Positions 1-30,023 of a stretch of DNA of 64,000 nucleotides are shown here, piece after piece. The notes beneath the pieces were generated by a model. That model worked only from the letters and a program-made list of their open reading frames with translations, did no database searches and was not told the origin of the DNA. Both the position numbers and the translations under genes were made by a program. Source of the stretch: the human T2T-CHM13v2.0 reference genome, Homo sapiens; assembly GCF_009914755.1 (NCBI RefSeq), contig NC_060941.1. One strand, 5' to 3'. Each line of letters opens with the position of its first letter. Position 1 is the stretch's first letter.

Positions 1-2120
<2,120 letters not shown>

Positions 2121-2196
2121 CTTCCGGGATCCCACTCCTCAGCACAAGCATGGGCTTTGCAACAATGTGGGGATGCCCAGGGTGGCCAATGGTCAT

Positions 2197-2551
2197 TGTT
2201 ATGGACTGAAAGTTTGTGTCCTCCCAAAATTAATATGTTGAAGTTCTAACCCCCAGTGTGATGGGACTAGGAGGTGGAATGTTTGGAGGTGAGCTGGAGT
2301 TAGATGAGGGTGGGGACCCCATGATGGGATTAGTGCCCCTAAAGGAGGAAGAGACATCAGGGCTTCTCCTCTCTCTGCCATGTAAGAACATAGGGAGAAG
2401 GTGGCCGTCTGCAGCCTAGAAGAGAGCCCTCACCAGAACCCGACCATGTGGCTCCCTGAGCTGGGACTTCCAGCCTCTAGGACTGTGAGAAGTAAGTGTC
2501 TGTTTTTTAAGCCACCCAGTCTATTTTGTAGCAGCCCAGACAGACTAAAGC
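2197..2551 (+). mobile_element. MaLR LTR, MLT1A-like
   Basis: TGTTATGGACTGAA...GACTAAAGCA resembles the MLT1A consensus. Confidence 0.8.
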
Positions 2552-2939
2552 AGGCATGCTGAGCCTGCCTAGGGTGTCACGCATCCCGTCTGACACGTAG
2601 GCCTGCCATGGTCTGGCTTGCTTTCTCCCATGTCCTCCTCAGAAGAGGTTGATGCTCAAAGCCCTCTGCAATGCTTGTGACCCACGTTTCCCCTGCAGTC
2701 CCCCCTCCCACAGAAGCATTGCAGGGGTCTGTGTACCTGAGGAGGGAAGTGAAGGGACAGAAACAGCTCATTGCTCAATGCCCAAAGATAGCACGTTGGG
2801 CCTCAGGAGCACCTACTCAATTTAGCCACTAAAAAATTAGAAACAACCGAAATGCCCCCAAATAACAGAATAGCTATACAAATGATGATGCCTCCGAATG
2901 ATGGAATATTTGGCAACCATCAGAAAGTTTGCTTTTTAG

Positions 2940-4038
<1,099 letters not shown>

Positions 4039-4549
4039 TCAAACGAAAAAAAAAAGGTTTGCTTTTAAAAGAATCATTGATGATGGGGAAATGCTCATAA
4101 ACAAAGTGGCAAAATAACCTGACTTAGACATTATCTGAGTCATATTTTCCTGCATGTCTTAAGAGAAAGAAGGCGCACAGGGACGTGTTTGAGGACCTGA
4201 GACTCCCTTAAGAGGCTTTTATTATTTTTATTTATTTATTTTTTAAGAGACAGGGTCTCACTATGTTACCCAGGCTGGACTCAAACTCCTGGGTTCAAAT
4301 GACGCTCCCGAGCAGCTGGAATTGAGGCTTTTATTATTGAAAGCCTAAATTCCCAAAGGCAAGAACTGAAGTGTCCCTGAGTGCCCCAGCCTTGGAGAGG
4401 GGGAGTCCTCACAAATTGAAGGGACAGTTGGACGAGGAGGTGGGGACTCCAACAAGTACCCTGGGGACTCTCATAAAGATGAGGAAAGAATGAAGACCGG
4501 AGGCTCTCCTTGAAGCTCAGGAACTGCGGAAGGCCCTGGGGCTCTTTTA

Positions 4550-5978
<1,429 letters not shown>

Positions 5979-7181
5979 TAACATGTCTTTTTTGACGTTT
6001 GAAGTGAGACTTCACTTGACCAGTTTTGTTTTTTTTACCGTTTCTCTTTATAAGACCAGACTGACTCTTGAGGTTCCAGACCAGCTGGATACCTCCTGCC
6101 AGAACGAAGACAGCTGTGCCTCCACAAAATGACATTTTGCATCTACAACCCTATTTCAGTTTTCAAGTTTTAAAAAATGAGCTGCTTGTTAACCGGGCCA
6201 GTTTCGGCATGAATTATAGAAAGATCTCCTCTGTACTAGAAACTAGAAGACAAAGGGTGGCATAAGTAGAGATTTGGCATGAAATATTGTCCAGGAACAA
6301 ACAGGACAAGACAAAGAGGGGTGTGTTTAGGATTGCTCAGCCCTGTCCCCAAGGGAGGAACTAATTGGAAGACAAGGTCAGTCTTTGCAAGGATAAAGAA
6401 CATTTCAGGCAATAATTCAGAAGTTTTGCATCCACGTTGCGCCACTCCAACTTGAACTTTGGAAAAATATGAGGCCTTTCCCTGTTTTCATTCTCCAAAC
6501 AAGCCTCAGCAAGCTGGGACTGAGTGATCTTTATTTCTAAAAATAATACCAACTTGGATCTCTAAGCTGATTCTCTCTATAGGGTACCAGAAACCATGCT
6601 GGGGGCAGGAGCAAAATACAGGCAGACAGAGCCAAGCCTGCTAGGAGTGACCCTTCCCAGCTTCAGCAAGGACAGTGGTAGGCAGCAGCTGCTGGGCTGG
6701 TCTCTGGAAAATCTGAAATGGAATCACAAGGCACTGAGTCCTCGACCTCACCTATGCCTCGGTTTCAGTAGCTCTTGGTGGGAGTCTTTGGAGGCATTTG
6801 AGGGGGTCTGAAATGCCCGAACATCATTGAAGACTTTGGTTCAAGTGGAAACCCTCAAGGGGCTTCTAGTGCCTTCTCTCTGTGCACCGCAGAAGCTCCT
6901 GCCAAATGACATGCTTCCTTGCCCCTATGGCCGGATTCATAGCTGCACTGGCAAGATGGGGTGGAAGAGACAGAAACGGAGCAAGGAAAAAGGCCAGGGC
7001 TGTAGGGGCTGAGAAGGCAGGAGGCAAACACTAAGGAGACATTATAACAACTCAGGAGGCAAATGATTCAGGAAGTCACAAGGTTCTTGGCTCAACTGTG
7101 CCAAATTTGTCAGTTCAAGAGGGTCCAGGTCTATGAGAGCTAAAAACCCCCAAACAATGCAAATGTCCAAAGGCAGCTATG

Positions 7182-7760
<579 letters not shown>

Positions 7761-7770
7761 GCAATCAAAG

Positions 7771-9790
<2,020 letters not shown>

Positions 9791-9999
9791 GACCCTGCCT
9801 GGAGGTTGCTGTGAGAGCTAAATGAGATGGAGAGTGGATGACAAGGAGGAGTGAGGTGCCCTGTGTGATCCTCCACGTTTTCCTGGAATTAGGAGAGCCC
9901 ACCGCTGAGAATAAAATGCACCCCCAATTCTTGGTTCAGGGAACCACCCACTGAGGGGGCTGGCTGGGAGATGCCTCTCGACACTGACGCTGTCAACCC

Positions 10000-10990
10000 T
10001 GTGTGGAATTGAGAATTCCACTGGCTTTTGTTCCTGGTTCCTGGGAGGTAACCTGTAAATCCTCAGAATTTCCTGAGTGATAGTAGTGTCTGTGTTACTC
10101 ACGATCGGGCCTCGGAGGACACCCGATCATTTATGCAAATGACTCTAGGTCCAGGAAGACCAACCGTGAGATTAGAAGGCTGTGGCTCTGGAGCCTGGGT
10201 GATGGAAGGTGATTGAGGCTACAGTGAGCTATGATCCTTCCACTGCACTCCAGCCTGGGCGACAGAGGGAGCCCTTGTCTCAAAACAAACAAACAAACAA
10301 AAAAATTTAAAAATTAGCTGGGTGTGTTGGTGCATGCTTACGGTCCCATAAGAGGGACCATAAGGGAGGATCATTTGAGCCCAGGAGTTTGAGGCTGCAG
10401 TGAGCCGTGATCACACCACTGCACTCCAGCCTGAACAACACAGCAAGAACCTGTCTCAAAAAAAAAAAAAAAAAAAAAAGCAGAAAGAAAAAGAAAACAA
10501 AATTAGAAGGTTGGGTCTTTGAGCCACTTGTTATCAGCCTGACTTCCGGGGACGGAGGGGCTGGAGCTTGAGTTTAGTGTGTGGTGTATGATTCCTCCAT
10601 CATGCCTGCATATAAAACCCCAAGGACAACTCTACACAGAGGCTCGGGTGAGCTTCCCTGGTTAGTGATGCTCTGTCTATTGTCACAGATGGAGGTACCA
10701 GGAGGGTTAAGGTGTCCCTGAGGATAACAGCGCTTTGCACCGGGGACCCACCCAGCCCGGACGCAGTGCTTCTGGCTGTGGCTGGTTCTGATTCGTGTTC
10801 TTTTGCTGTAATAAAACTGTAAATGAAACTTCAGCATTTACCTGAGTGCTGTGAGTCATTCTAGTGAATTAGGAATCTGAGGGGGTGGTGGGAACCCCTG
10901 AATTTGAGGCCATCTGGTCAAAAGTGAGGACCCTGAACTTGCAGCTGGTGTCTGAAGTGAGGGCTGTCCTGTGGAGGAAGGCATCACCTG
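10000..10990 (+). mobile_element. MER21-family LTR with Alu right-arm inserts (~10190-10490)
   Basis: Contains TCCTGGGAGGTAACC...TTTCCTGAGTGATAG and AATAAAACTGTAA; resembles the MER21 consensus. Confidence 0.65.
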
Positions 10991-11114
10991 AGGCCCAACC
11001 CCAGGTAGTTGGTGTCAAATGTCATTGCACCTGCCCTGAAAGAAAGAGGGAGAGAAGTGAGGGAAGGGGCCACCTTTTGGGGAGAGCTGGTGTCTGTGAG
11101 AAAAGGCCTCAATC

Positions 11115-11817
<703 letters not shown>

Positions 11818-12134
11818 GCCTCACTCTTTTGAGAGGACTTGACTGGTTTCTCTTGAAACCAGATGGAGGTTGTAGGGGTTGGGGACACAGTGGAATCACT
11901 GTCTGTCAAGTGTGTGGGAGGGCAGGGAAGCACACCTGTGTTCCTGCTGGCTGTCTTGGCTGTGCATTGGCTGCTCTGCCCTGGGGCTCCTGAGGTTTGG
12001 AAAGCACTGAGGGCTGGGACCACCCATCCCTTCAGGAGACGTTTTTGTTTGTTTGTTTGTTTTTTGAGACCAGTCTCGCTCTGTAGCTCAGGCTGGAGTG
12101 CAGTGGCACAATCTCGGCTCACTGCAACCTCCAC

Positions 12135-12629
12135 TGGAGGGGTTCAGTCAGGATGGTGGGAGAAATTGTAAAATAAACACAAACTTTCTTGGAAGGCCTG
12201 AAGGTTTTTGCAAAAGCCTCAAAATAGAGTTATGGCTGAAGGCAGCCTAATCCTCTTTGAGTTATAGCAAGGGTAATTAACACAGGAATGTAGAGGAGTC
12301 TATCTAAATAGCTTGTTTACCCACGTGGTCCTAAGACTAACCTTTGACCATCCATGGGTGCAAGATTGCTGTCTACCTGGGGGGTGAGCAATGGTAATTA
12401 CCTTCTAGTGGTGTTTACTTGAGACGTTTGTCATTTAATGTGTGCTGAACAAATGCCAGCAGGGCCAGCCAGTCGAGGCCATGGCTGCTATTCTTTACAG
12501 CACCTTCCTTGGTGTCTGTGAGGGGCCCAGACCCTTAGCTGGACTGACAAGCAGAATATCTGTGTCAGTGTAAGTTATTCATCCGTCGTTGGGTCAGGAT
12601 CTGCGGGACGGACTCCCCCCACCCCCGCA
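12135..12629 (+). mobile_element. LTR22-like solo LTR (HERV-K HML-5) inserted inside an antisense AluS (12042-12134 and 12630-12846)
   Basis: Starts TGGAGGGGTTCAGTCAGGATGGTGGG and ends CCCCCGCA; the Alu sequence resumes in register afterwards. Confidence 0.8.
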
Positions 12630-13093
12630 CTGTACCTCCCAGGTTCAAATGATTCTCCTGCCTCAGCCTCCTAAGTAGCTGGGATTACAGGTGTGGGCCA
12701 CGACACGTGGCTAATTTTTGTATTTTTAGTAGAGACAGGTTTTCACCATGTTGGTCAGGCTGGTCTTGAACTCCTGACCTCAAATGATCTGCCCATCTCG
12801 GCCTCCCAAAGTGCTGGGATTACAGGCGTGAGCCACCGCACCTGGTCCCCTTCAGAAGATGGATGCTGAACCTAAGGGCCCAGAGTCAAGTCTAGAGTAT
12901 GGTCGAGTCCAGAGTATGGGAATCCCAGTCCTGCGGATTACGGGACTGGGAGTGGGGGTACCCTCTCAGAGCAATATGGCATGAGGCCACCTCCTGGAGT
13001 CAGCAGAACGTGTCACCCAGGGGAGCCGCTTAGGAGACCGCCTCTCATCAGCAGGCCTGAGCAGCTGTCCCTTGGCCACACCAAATCAGTAGA

Positions 13094-13300
13094 GCCCTGG
13101 TTCTCAGTCAGTGGCAAGTGTGTCCCGCAGGGGCATTTGGCAAGGTCCGGAGACATTTTTGGTTGTCACAACTTGGGGGCTGCTACTGGCATCTGGTGAG
13201 CAGAAGCCAGGGACGCTGAGGAACAGTGCACTGACAGGCCCCTGCCGCAGAGAATGAGCCAGCCCCAAACATCAACAGTGCTGAGCTTGAGAAAGCCTGG
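13094..13300 (+). mobile_element. MER20 DNA transposon
   Basis: CATTTGGCAAGGTCCGGAGACATTTTTGGTTGTCACAAC core. Confidence 0.8.
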
Positions 13301-13514
13301 TCTCTGCAACAAAGCCCCCAGCAAGGGGAAAGCAGCGCCACCACCCATCAGGCCCTGCGGGAATCACATCTGCTTTCAATTTCTCTCCTTCCTGCCGCAG
13401 CCTCACAGAATCAGCACAGGGATGGGGCGGTGGGGGAAGAGACGTGCCGTGTCTTCACCCCAGTGTTGGCGCCTGTGCTGGGAAGGGATGAGGGTCTTTT
13501 GAGGCAGGATTGAC

Positions 13515-14245
<731 letters not shown>

Positions 14246-14254
14246 GGCGGTGGG

Positions 14255-14688
14255 GATTCTAACTCCTGTCCCTGGAATCTGGGTTGGTCTCAGTGACTTG
14301 CTTGACCAAAAAGTGGTAGAAGGGACATTCTGGGATGTCTGAGGCTCAGGCATGAAAAGCCTTGCAGCTTCGGCCTGGGTCTCCTGGACTGACTACTCCT
14401 GGGACATTCCCTCCTGGAGCCCTGCCGCCATGTCACACAAGGGGCCACACTCTGGCCAGCAGCCCCAGCTGAGCTGACAGCTGACAGCCAGCGCCTGTTA
14501 TCATCGCCATGGTAAGGAGCTGTCTCAGATGTTTAGCCCCGCTGACGCTGCAACCACCGGAGACTCCAAGTGAGGACCACCCAGCTGAGACCCATCAGCC
14601 GGCAGCCCACAGTGGGGGTTAGTAAATTACTGCTTCAGGCCACTGCACTTTAGGATGGTTCACTACTCAGAAGCAGATAATGTGAACA
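14255..14688 (+). mobile_element. Old MaLR LTR (MLT1F/G/H-like)
   Basis: CTCAGTGACTTGCTTGACC...GCAGATAA...AACA pattern. Confidence 0.6.
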
Positions 14689-15542
14689 CTTCCCCAGGGA
14701 GTCAAGTGCTTTCAGAAACATATGCTGTTTTCTTGGATGAAAAATTGTCTTTCTAGTGATTATCCAGGAAGGGTTCACACAAATGGGATATCAGGGCTGG
14801 TGGAAAGACACGAGTCGGACACCGTTATGAGCCCAAGTTCCAGACTGTGCATAGAGCCAACTCCTAAGCCAGGTAGCCTTGACCTGAGAGCTTCCCAGCA
14901 CCTCCTTCCCCTTCCCCACTGACCCATGGCTTCCTCCTTCATTCTCCTCTTCTCATCATTCCTTTCCCATTCCTTCACACATTTCAAGCTGCTATTCCAA
15001 AACTACCACCATGGAAACACGGTCAGGTTCTTAGAAACCTAACCCATATTGGGAAATAACAGTGCGGCGAGAGGTGGAGGCAGCAGGAAAATTCTAGGCT
15101 AACATCCTAGCTGGCCACCAGGGTGCGGTCTCAAAGTCCTCATGGTAGGAAGGTAAGTTTATCTTCATTTTACACACTAGGGAAAATAGACTCCCTCAGT
15201 AATTAAATACCAATTAGCTCTTAAGAAAAATGCATTTTCAAAATTGTATTACTGTTCAACAGGGAAATAGGATTTAATTTAGCTTTTTTTTTTTTTTAAT
15301 TCACAAGAGCGCCTGCTTTGACACCACCTAGCGGGAGCCACTGTAGGAACGGCAAAGCCAGGCCTGACCCCGCTTCTCGTAGAGCCTGGGTGGCAGCCAG
15401 TGCTGTCACTGTTCCCACATTCCCACGCCGGTGTCTGGGAGGATGTGGGGAGAGATTATAATAGTATGTGTCATTTCTGCAGTATGCCTGATTCATTTCC
15501 AGATGTGAAATAGTCACTGGGATCACTATAGTTCCTAATGCC

Positions 15543-16675
<1,133 letters not shown>

Positions 16676-16729
16676 TCCTTTTTAAATAGCGGACATTTTA
16701 AATAATAATAATAAAAAGAAAAATAAATA

Positions 16730-17295
16730 ATCTGTGGTGAAATTCACATAACATCTTAAAGTGCATAATCAGTGGCATTAAGTACACTCACAACGTTGTG
16801 AAACCACTACGTCTATGTAGTTCCAAAACATCTTCATCACCCCAAAAGGAAATCCCATGCCCAGTAAGCAGTTCTACCTCATTCTCCCTCTCCCCAGAGT
16901 CTCTGGCAACCACCAACCTGCCTTCTGTCTACAAATTTGCTTATTCTGGACATTTCGTAGAAATTGACTCATACAATAGGTGACCTTTTGCATCTGGACT
17001 CTCACTCTGCGTCATGTTTTCGAAGTTCATTCACGCTGTAGCATGTGTCAGGACCTCATTCCCTTCTATGGACAAATAATATTCCATTGTGTGACTAGGC
17101 CACATTTTCTTTATCCAGTCATCCATCAACATTTGGGTTGTTTCCACCTCTTGACTATTGTGAATAATGCTTCTATGAACATTCCTGGATGAGTTTTTGT
17201 GTGGACATGTTTTTATCTCTCTTAGGTACAGACCAGAACTAGAAGTGGAATTACTAGGTCATATAGTAACCCTATGCTTAATTTTTTAAGGAATC
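16730..17295 (-). mobile_element. L1M (L1MB-like) 3' fragment
   Basis: AATAATATTCCATTGTG...TTTGGGTTGTTTCCACC...TATTGTGAATAATGCT pattern. Confidence 0.8.
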
Positions 17296-17416
17296 TGAGT
17301 CTCTCATTCTAAAAGACATTTTTCTCAAGCACCGGTTGGTAAATCTGGCTTAGTTTTCCACATCTGTGAAGACCATTTTCATGGGTGACATGCCAGCCTT
17401 CCTTGAGCATACGTGA

Positions 17417-20915
<3,499 letters not shown>

Positions 20916-22073
20916 TCAACGGGGTGTCTCCAAAGGCAGCTTGTGCTTGTTTGTGACCAGGGTGACAAAGGACTTCACTGTCCTGTAGCACAGATGAGGT
21001 TCCACCCTCAGGTGGGTGGAAACAGCCCAGGCCATTAGTGCAAATCCCCTGCCTGGCCCAGGGCCACGTTCAGCCCACTGTCTGTTTGCTTTGGGACCCA
21101 CCCAAGGTCACATTTTAGCTTTTGAGAAATGTGAAAGTGGAAAACATTGCAAAACAAAAAGCCCCTGGAAAACTGTGCACACACCCATCCCCTCAGCCTG
21201 ATGCTCCAGCTTGGCTGCTAGGAGATCAATGCAGCTCTGCCTTCCTGCTCCCTGTGCAGAGGTGCCGGCTCCTGCTTCCTGGTTCCCAGCTTTCCTTTTG
21301 GGAACTGCCTGAGGTGGTTTGACACACAGCTGTTGGGCTTCTCTTCCCTTGAGGTCTCTGAACCAGGGCACCCATGCAGGTAAACACAAAAGCGGAGTGG
21401 GGTGGAATGGGGGTGCTGGCTGTAGCCTCGGCAGAAGGGGACCCGCCTCTCTCCTCACGAGTATCCAGGATGTGGGACTGGATATTGACCAGACCAGAAC
21501 CCACTTTGGGCCCACATGGGAGCTAATGTCAGCAGGGGCCTGTGGACTGTTCCCATTGAACGGCTCTTCCTGCTAGCTGTGGTTCTCAGTGTGGCTGGCC
21601 TGGTCCAGCCTGGCACAGGACAGGACCTGGGAGGGCCACACATTTCCCACCTCCATTTTGTGCCCAGGGGACCTGTGCCAGCAGCAAGCCCTTCCTGCAA
21701 AGCAGTGTGGGGAATTCTGCCAGGCTGCAGATGGATGGGCCGGTCTGCTTCCACCCCTTCCTCAGGTGCAAAGTTGGGGTTTTGCGATCCTGTAATTACT
21801 ATGTTTAGCAAAGTTGCCAATTTCTCCCTTTAGGGTAATTTTCAAAAATGGAAACCAATTTTCTTTGTAGGGGCTTCTGCTGGATAAACCAACCACCACA
21901 AAGTCTACAGAAACATGTCTCCACCCCAGCCTCACTCCACAAATGCTTCTTTGGTGGAAGGCTGGTTCCTGGTTTGTGTTCATTTGGGTAGAGCTGGGGA
22001 GGGAGTAGGAGTCAGAAATGAAGGTTCTGGAGCCCAAAAGCCACTGTTCCCAGACTAAGTTTGCCTAATCATC

Positions 22074-23215
<1,142 letters not shown>

Positions 23216-23526
23216 CCCATCCAACACGACACTCAGCTTTGCTCTTCCAAAGACTGGGGAAGAAACCCATCTGCTCAGGAAGCTGAGGATGCCATACGCC
23301 AAGGTGTAAGATAACATCTGAAAGTCAAGGGAGCAGGAGCACAGGAAGTCTGGCTGCCAGCATAGGCATAAACAACTCCTCCCAGTAGATCACACCTTGG
23401 CAAGGCTGGGAGGATGGAGGCCTGGCAGCCAAAAACCCCTTTCCTCCTGTACCCTTAGGAGACTACACTATCTTCTATCAAGACCCCTGGTATTGTTACA
23501 TCTTTTCATTCAAAACTTGAAACACT

Positions 23527-26381
<2,855 letters not shown>

Positions 26382-29181
26382 TGCTGCTTCCTCCTCCTCA
26401 GGGAGACGCCACAGCTCTGCGGCAAGCAATCCACCAGGCACCAGATCCCCAGATACCTGCCCTTCAGGGAGAAATAGCCTGGGATACAGAGAGGCCCAGA
26501 GGGGAGCTCTGGCTGGACTTGGCTTCTCAGCGTGGGGTCTGGGTTCACAGGTTTGCTTCTCTGCTTTGTGGGGAACTGGTTGGAGGCTTGTGCAAGCCTC
26601 TTCACCTCTCAGGGTTTCAGGCCCCCCCAACTCCTTCCCGCCTTGTCCTTTTTTCTTTTTTAAAAAAGGAAGTAAAGTACAGTGGGAAACGGGCCAAGCT
26701 GGCAGCTTGAGAGATCCAAGTGCCCGCCCCCCGACCCGCAACCGTGGGAAGGGGAACCATCTTGCTCTTGGCCAATCCTGCCTCTCTGAGCAGGGATGCA
26801 GCTGGGGGGAGTTTCTGGAGATAGGATCAAATTCTTTAGAAAGGGAGAAGGGGAAAGGGGTCTGGAGAAAGGCAGCCTGGGTTGGGGGAAGTGAATGACA
26901 AGAATGAGGGGGGCAAAGGCCTTGGAGGTGAGGGGGGCAGGGGGTTAGGCGCCAGGGAGGACAGAGGACCCATTGTGCGGCCTGGAACCGGGGCCAGAGG
27001 GCTTTGCCCTTCGCCTCCCTCCCGCGGGGCCTTCCAGAGCCAGGAGGGGAGCTGGGGCCCGGAGGCGTTGGATAAAGAGCCCGTGCCCCGCCTCCCCTTG
27101 CCAACTCAGTTTGCAGTCAACCCCGCCCCCGCCCGCTCCGCGGACTCAAGGCTGGTGGTAGTGGGCCTGGAGGCGCAGGATCCGACCTTTCTGGGGCCCC
27201 AGGAGGAAAAAAAAAGGGGGGACCCTGAACCAGGTGGGCTTTATCACCACGAACTCACAGTGCTTCCCTGTGCCTCAGTTTCCCCTCTTCAGACTCTATG
27301 GCTAATGACAGAGCTTTTCAGATTTGGTGGAAATGCTCTCCGGGGCGGGGAGCAGACGGGGAAGGCTGCCCCAGCTAATCTCCGCAGCCAGTCCCCTCGA
27401 AGGCTGAGATCTCGGGGAGCACAGCCTCCGATTCGCGTTTTCTAGGCACCAAAGTCCCTCGCTGGAGGAAGAGGAGGGGAAGAAGGCAGAGGAGAGGGGA
27501 GGGGCGGACGGATCTGGTCCTGGGCTCCCGCGCGGAGCCCCCTCCTCCCACAGCCGCCGCTCGCGTCCCCGCAGCGCATGACCGCGGCACTGCGGCTGCA
27601 GGGCTCTCTCCCCCGCCCGCGCCGGATTCCTGGAGCAAGGGGGTGGGGGGCTCGGAGGTGCAGGACCCATCATTCCGACACGCGCCGCGACGCCAGGAGT
27701 CGGGGATGACGCCCCTGCTCCCTCCCCTCGTTCCTGTTTCTCGGAGTTTTTCGACCCCTGAGCGCGTCGCTGAGTCACCTTCCCGGAACGCGCTCGGGAC
27801 GCTCTGGACCCAGCGGGGACTGCCCGGGGGCCGCGCAAGGCGAAGGCGCACCCGCCGATACGCGCGCGGAGCTGCGGCCCCAGGGACCCCGCGTCCCAGC
27901 CAGTGCCCCCCGACCCGCCCGGGGACTCTCGGGTCCCGCCCGTCTGACCCCCCAAGTGTTGGGAAACGGGGCCGAGCTGCCTGGGTCCTCCGGAAGAGAA
28001 GACACCGCGGAGGCGTGCCGGAGTTCAGGGCGCCGCCCGGCTAATTGGCTGCGTGCTCCTCCTGGACCTGCCTCTTCTCGACTTTAAGAAGCGATGAGAG
28101 AGGTGTGTGGGGGCGGGTGGGGCCGGCGGGGGCGCGCGAGCCCCGCAGCCTCCCGCAGGGGCTTGGTTTCTCCTAACTCTGGCCCTACCTGGGCAGGTCA
28201 CCAATGGGCCTTGGCAACTTCTTCCTCCGTCTCCGCCGTAACCCCCCAGGGATCTAACTCGAGGTGCTCGCGGACACGTTCTGTGGCTTGCCGCGATAAG
28301 TGTATCACAAACACACTGACAAACGCGTCCCTACTGGCCTCCAAAGAAGTGACAACTTCTGAGCGCGTTTCCGGCGCCCCTTCTTCACGCTGAGCCAGAG
28401 GGGGCGGGGGGCACGTACCACATGCTTGGCTTTCCAATCCCGACGGGGGCCCCCAGGCCCATCTACACTGTCAAGCCTCCTCTCCGGCTCGGAGCCCCCG
28501 GCCTGTCGCCTGCTCTACCCGGGACAGCGCGCTAGGCGGCCTCAGGCTCGGTAGCCCAGCTGCAGCGTCGGGAAGTTAAAAATAACCTCCGTGGGAGCGC
28601 GGGGGAGGAAGAAAGAGGGAAGCTGGTGGGCGGCGGGCGAGACGCCCCGGCCTGGAGAGGCGCCCCGGGTGGCGTGCGGGCCTCGAATTTCGGGTGGGCT
28701 AGGGCAGAGCGCGCAAAAGGGGCGCTGCATCCCGGCGCCGACAGCACCCGCGGGGGCGAGGTCGTGGCGTCGAGGTGAAACCAAGGGTCCCCCGGGAGAG
28801 CGGAGCCGCGCGCGCCCGGCGCTCGCTCCGACACGAGTTCGCGCGGAGCCCGCGCCTCCGTCTGCGCTGCGCGGTCGCTTTCGCGCGCCCCAGACACTGC
28901 GCTCGCGGCCGGGCCCGGGACTCCGCGCCTCGCGGCCTGCCGCCTCAGCTCACCCGGCCAGGTCGCGGCGCCGCCTTCTAGCCAGACGCCTAGGACGAGC
29001 GGCGGGGGCGCGCTTGCCGCTTCCTAGGACCCGGGCGGGAACCAGCTCGTGGCCCGGCCGTGGGCGCGGGCCGTGCCGGAGGCGGCGCGCTGAGGCCGGA
29101 GGCGGGCAGAGGCCGAGGCCGCGCCGGGCTCAGGTTCCACCCCCGGGAGCGCGGGGCGGAGCCAGGCCGGCGCCGAGGCTC

Positions 29182-29379
29182 AGTGCCCTCCCCGCTCCGC
29201 GGCGCCGGCTGCGAAGTTGAGCGAAAAGTTTGAGGCCGGAGGGAGCGAGGCCGGGGAGTCCGCTCCAGCGGGGCGCTCCAGTCCCTCAGACGTGGGCTGA
29301 GCTTGGGACGAGCTGCGTTCCGCCCCAGGCCACTGTAGGGAACGGCGGTGGCGCCTCCCCAGCAAACCGGACCGACTGG
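29182..29379 (+). other. SPHK1: Probable non-coding first exon of the major SPHK1 transcript
   Basis: Lies inside the CpG island and ends at a donor-like TGG|GTAGGG (29380). The 5' start comes from my recollection of the annotation and is approximate. Confidence 0.5.
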
Positions 29380-29678
29380 GTAGGGCCGCCCACCCTGCCT
29401 TCGCGCCGCTCGTGGCTCCTGTGCGGCCCGCCCTCGCGGGGCCCCGGGAACTGGGCCACTTGTCGCTTGGGCGAGAGCAGGCGGCAGCTGGTGGCCCGGT
29501 TCGGGCTTGGCTTTGGCGCGACCCGGGAGCGGCTCCCACGAGCGCCGCGCGCGTCGCAACGGAGCGGGGCCCTGAGAAGCGCGCGCCGCGGCTCCCACCG
29601 CTCTGGAGCTCCGGGCAGGGGACACGGCAACCTGGATGGCTGGGGCAGGGATCCTCTCCCAGAACTTCGTGCCCAGCA

Positions 29679-29742
29679 ATGTCCGCTCAAGTTCTGGGAT
29701 TTTTACGCAGCTGGACTCCCCTCCCCCTGGCAGCCCCGAGGG
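29679..29742 (+). CDS. SPHK1: SPHK1 first coding exon of the long (470 aa) isoform, MSAQVLGFLRSWTPLPLAAPR
   Basis: ATG at 29679 and donor G|GTGAGG at 29743. It splices in frame to 30024; the total is 1413 nt = 470 aa + stop. Confidence 0.9.
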
Positions 29743-30023
29743 GTGAGGAGCTAGTCCGTCGGAGGGAGCCACGGGGCTCTGACTCATCCGTCGGGCCGGA
29801 ACCGAACCCCAAGCCCCAGGGAGAAAGCCCCGGAGCAGGCGCCCTTCTCAGGGATTGTAGGCTTAGTCACACGGCGGGGGCGCCCTCGGAGGCACCGGAC
29901 CTCAGCTCTCTGGACTTCCCGGGAACCTGGCTCCCCGCGCGTGGTCCCGGGATTTAGTCGGGCGCTCCCCACCTCTGGCAGCTGCGGCCCCGGACTCCGC
30001 CAGCGCTGTCTTCTCTCCCTCAG

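Noticed and set aside
12923-12951. Small hairpin TCCCAGTCC...GGACTGGGA
   Set aside because: A 9-bp stem is compatible with chance, and there are no RNA-gene features.
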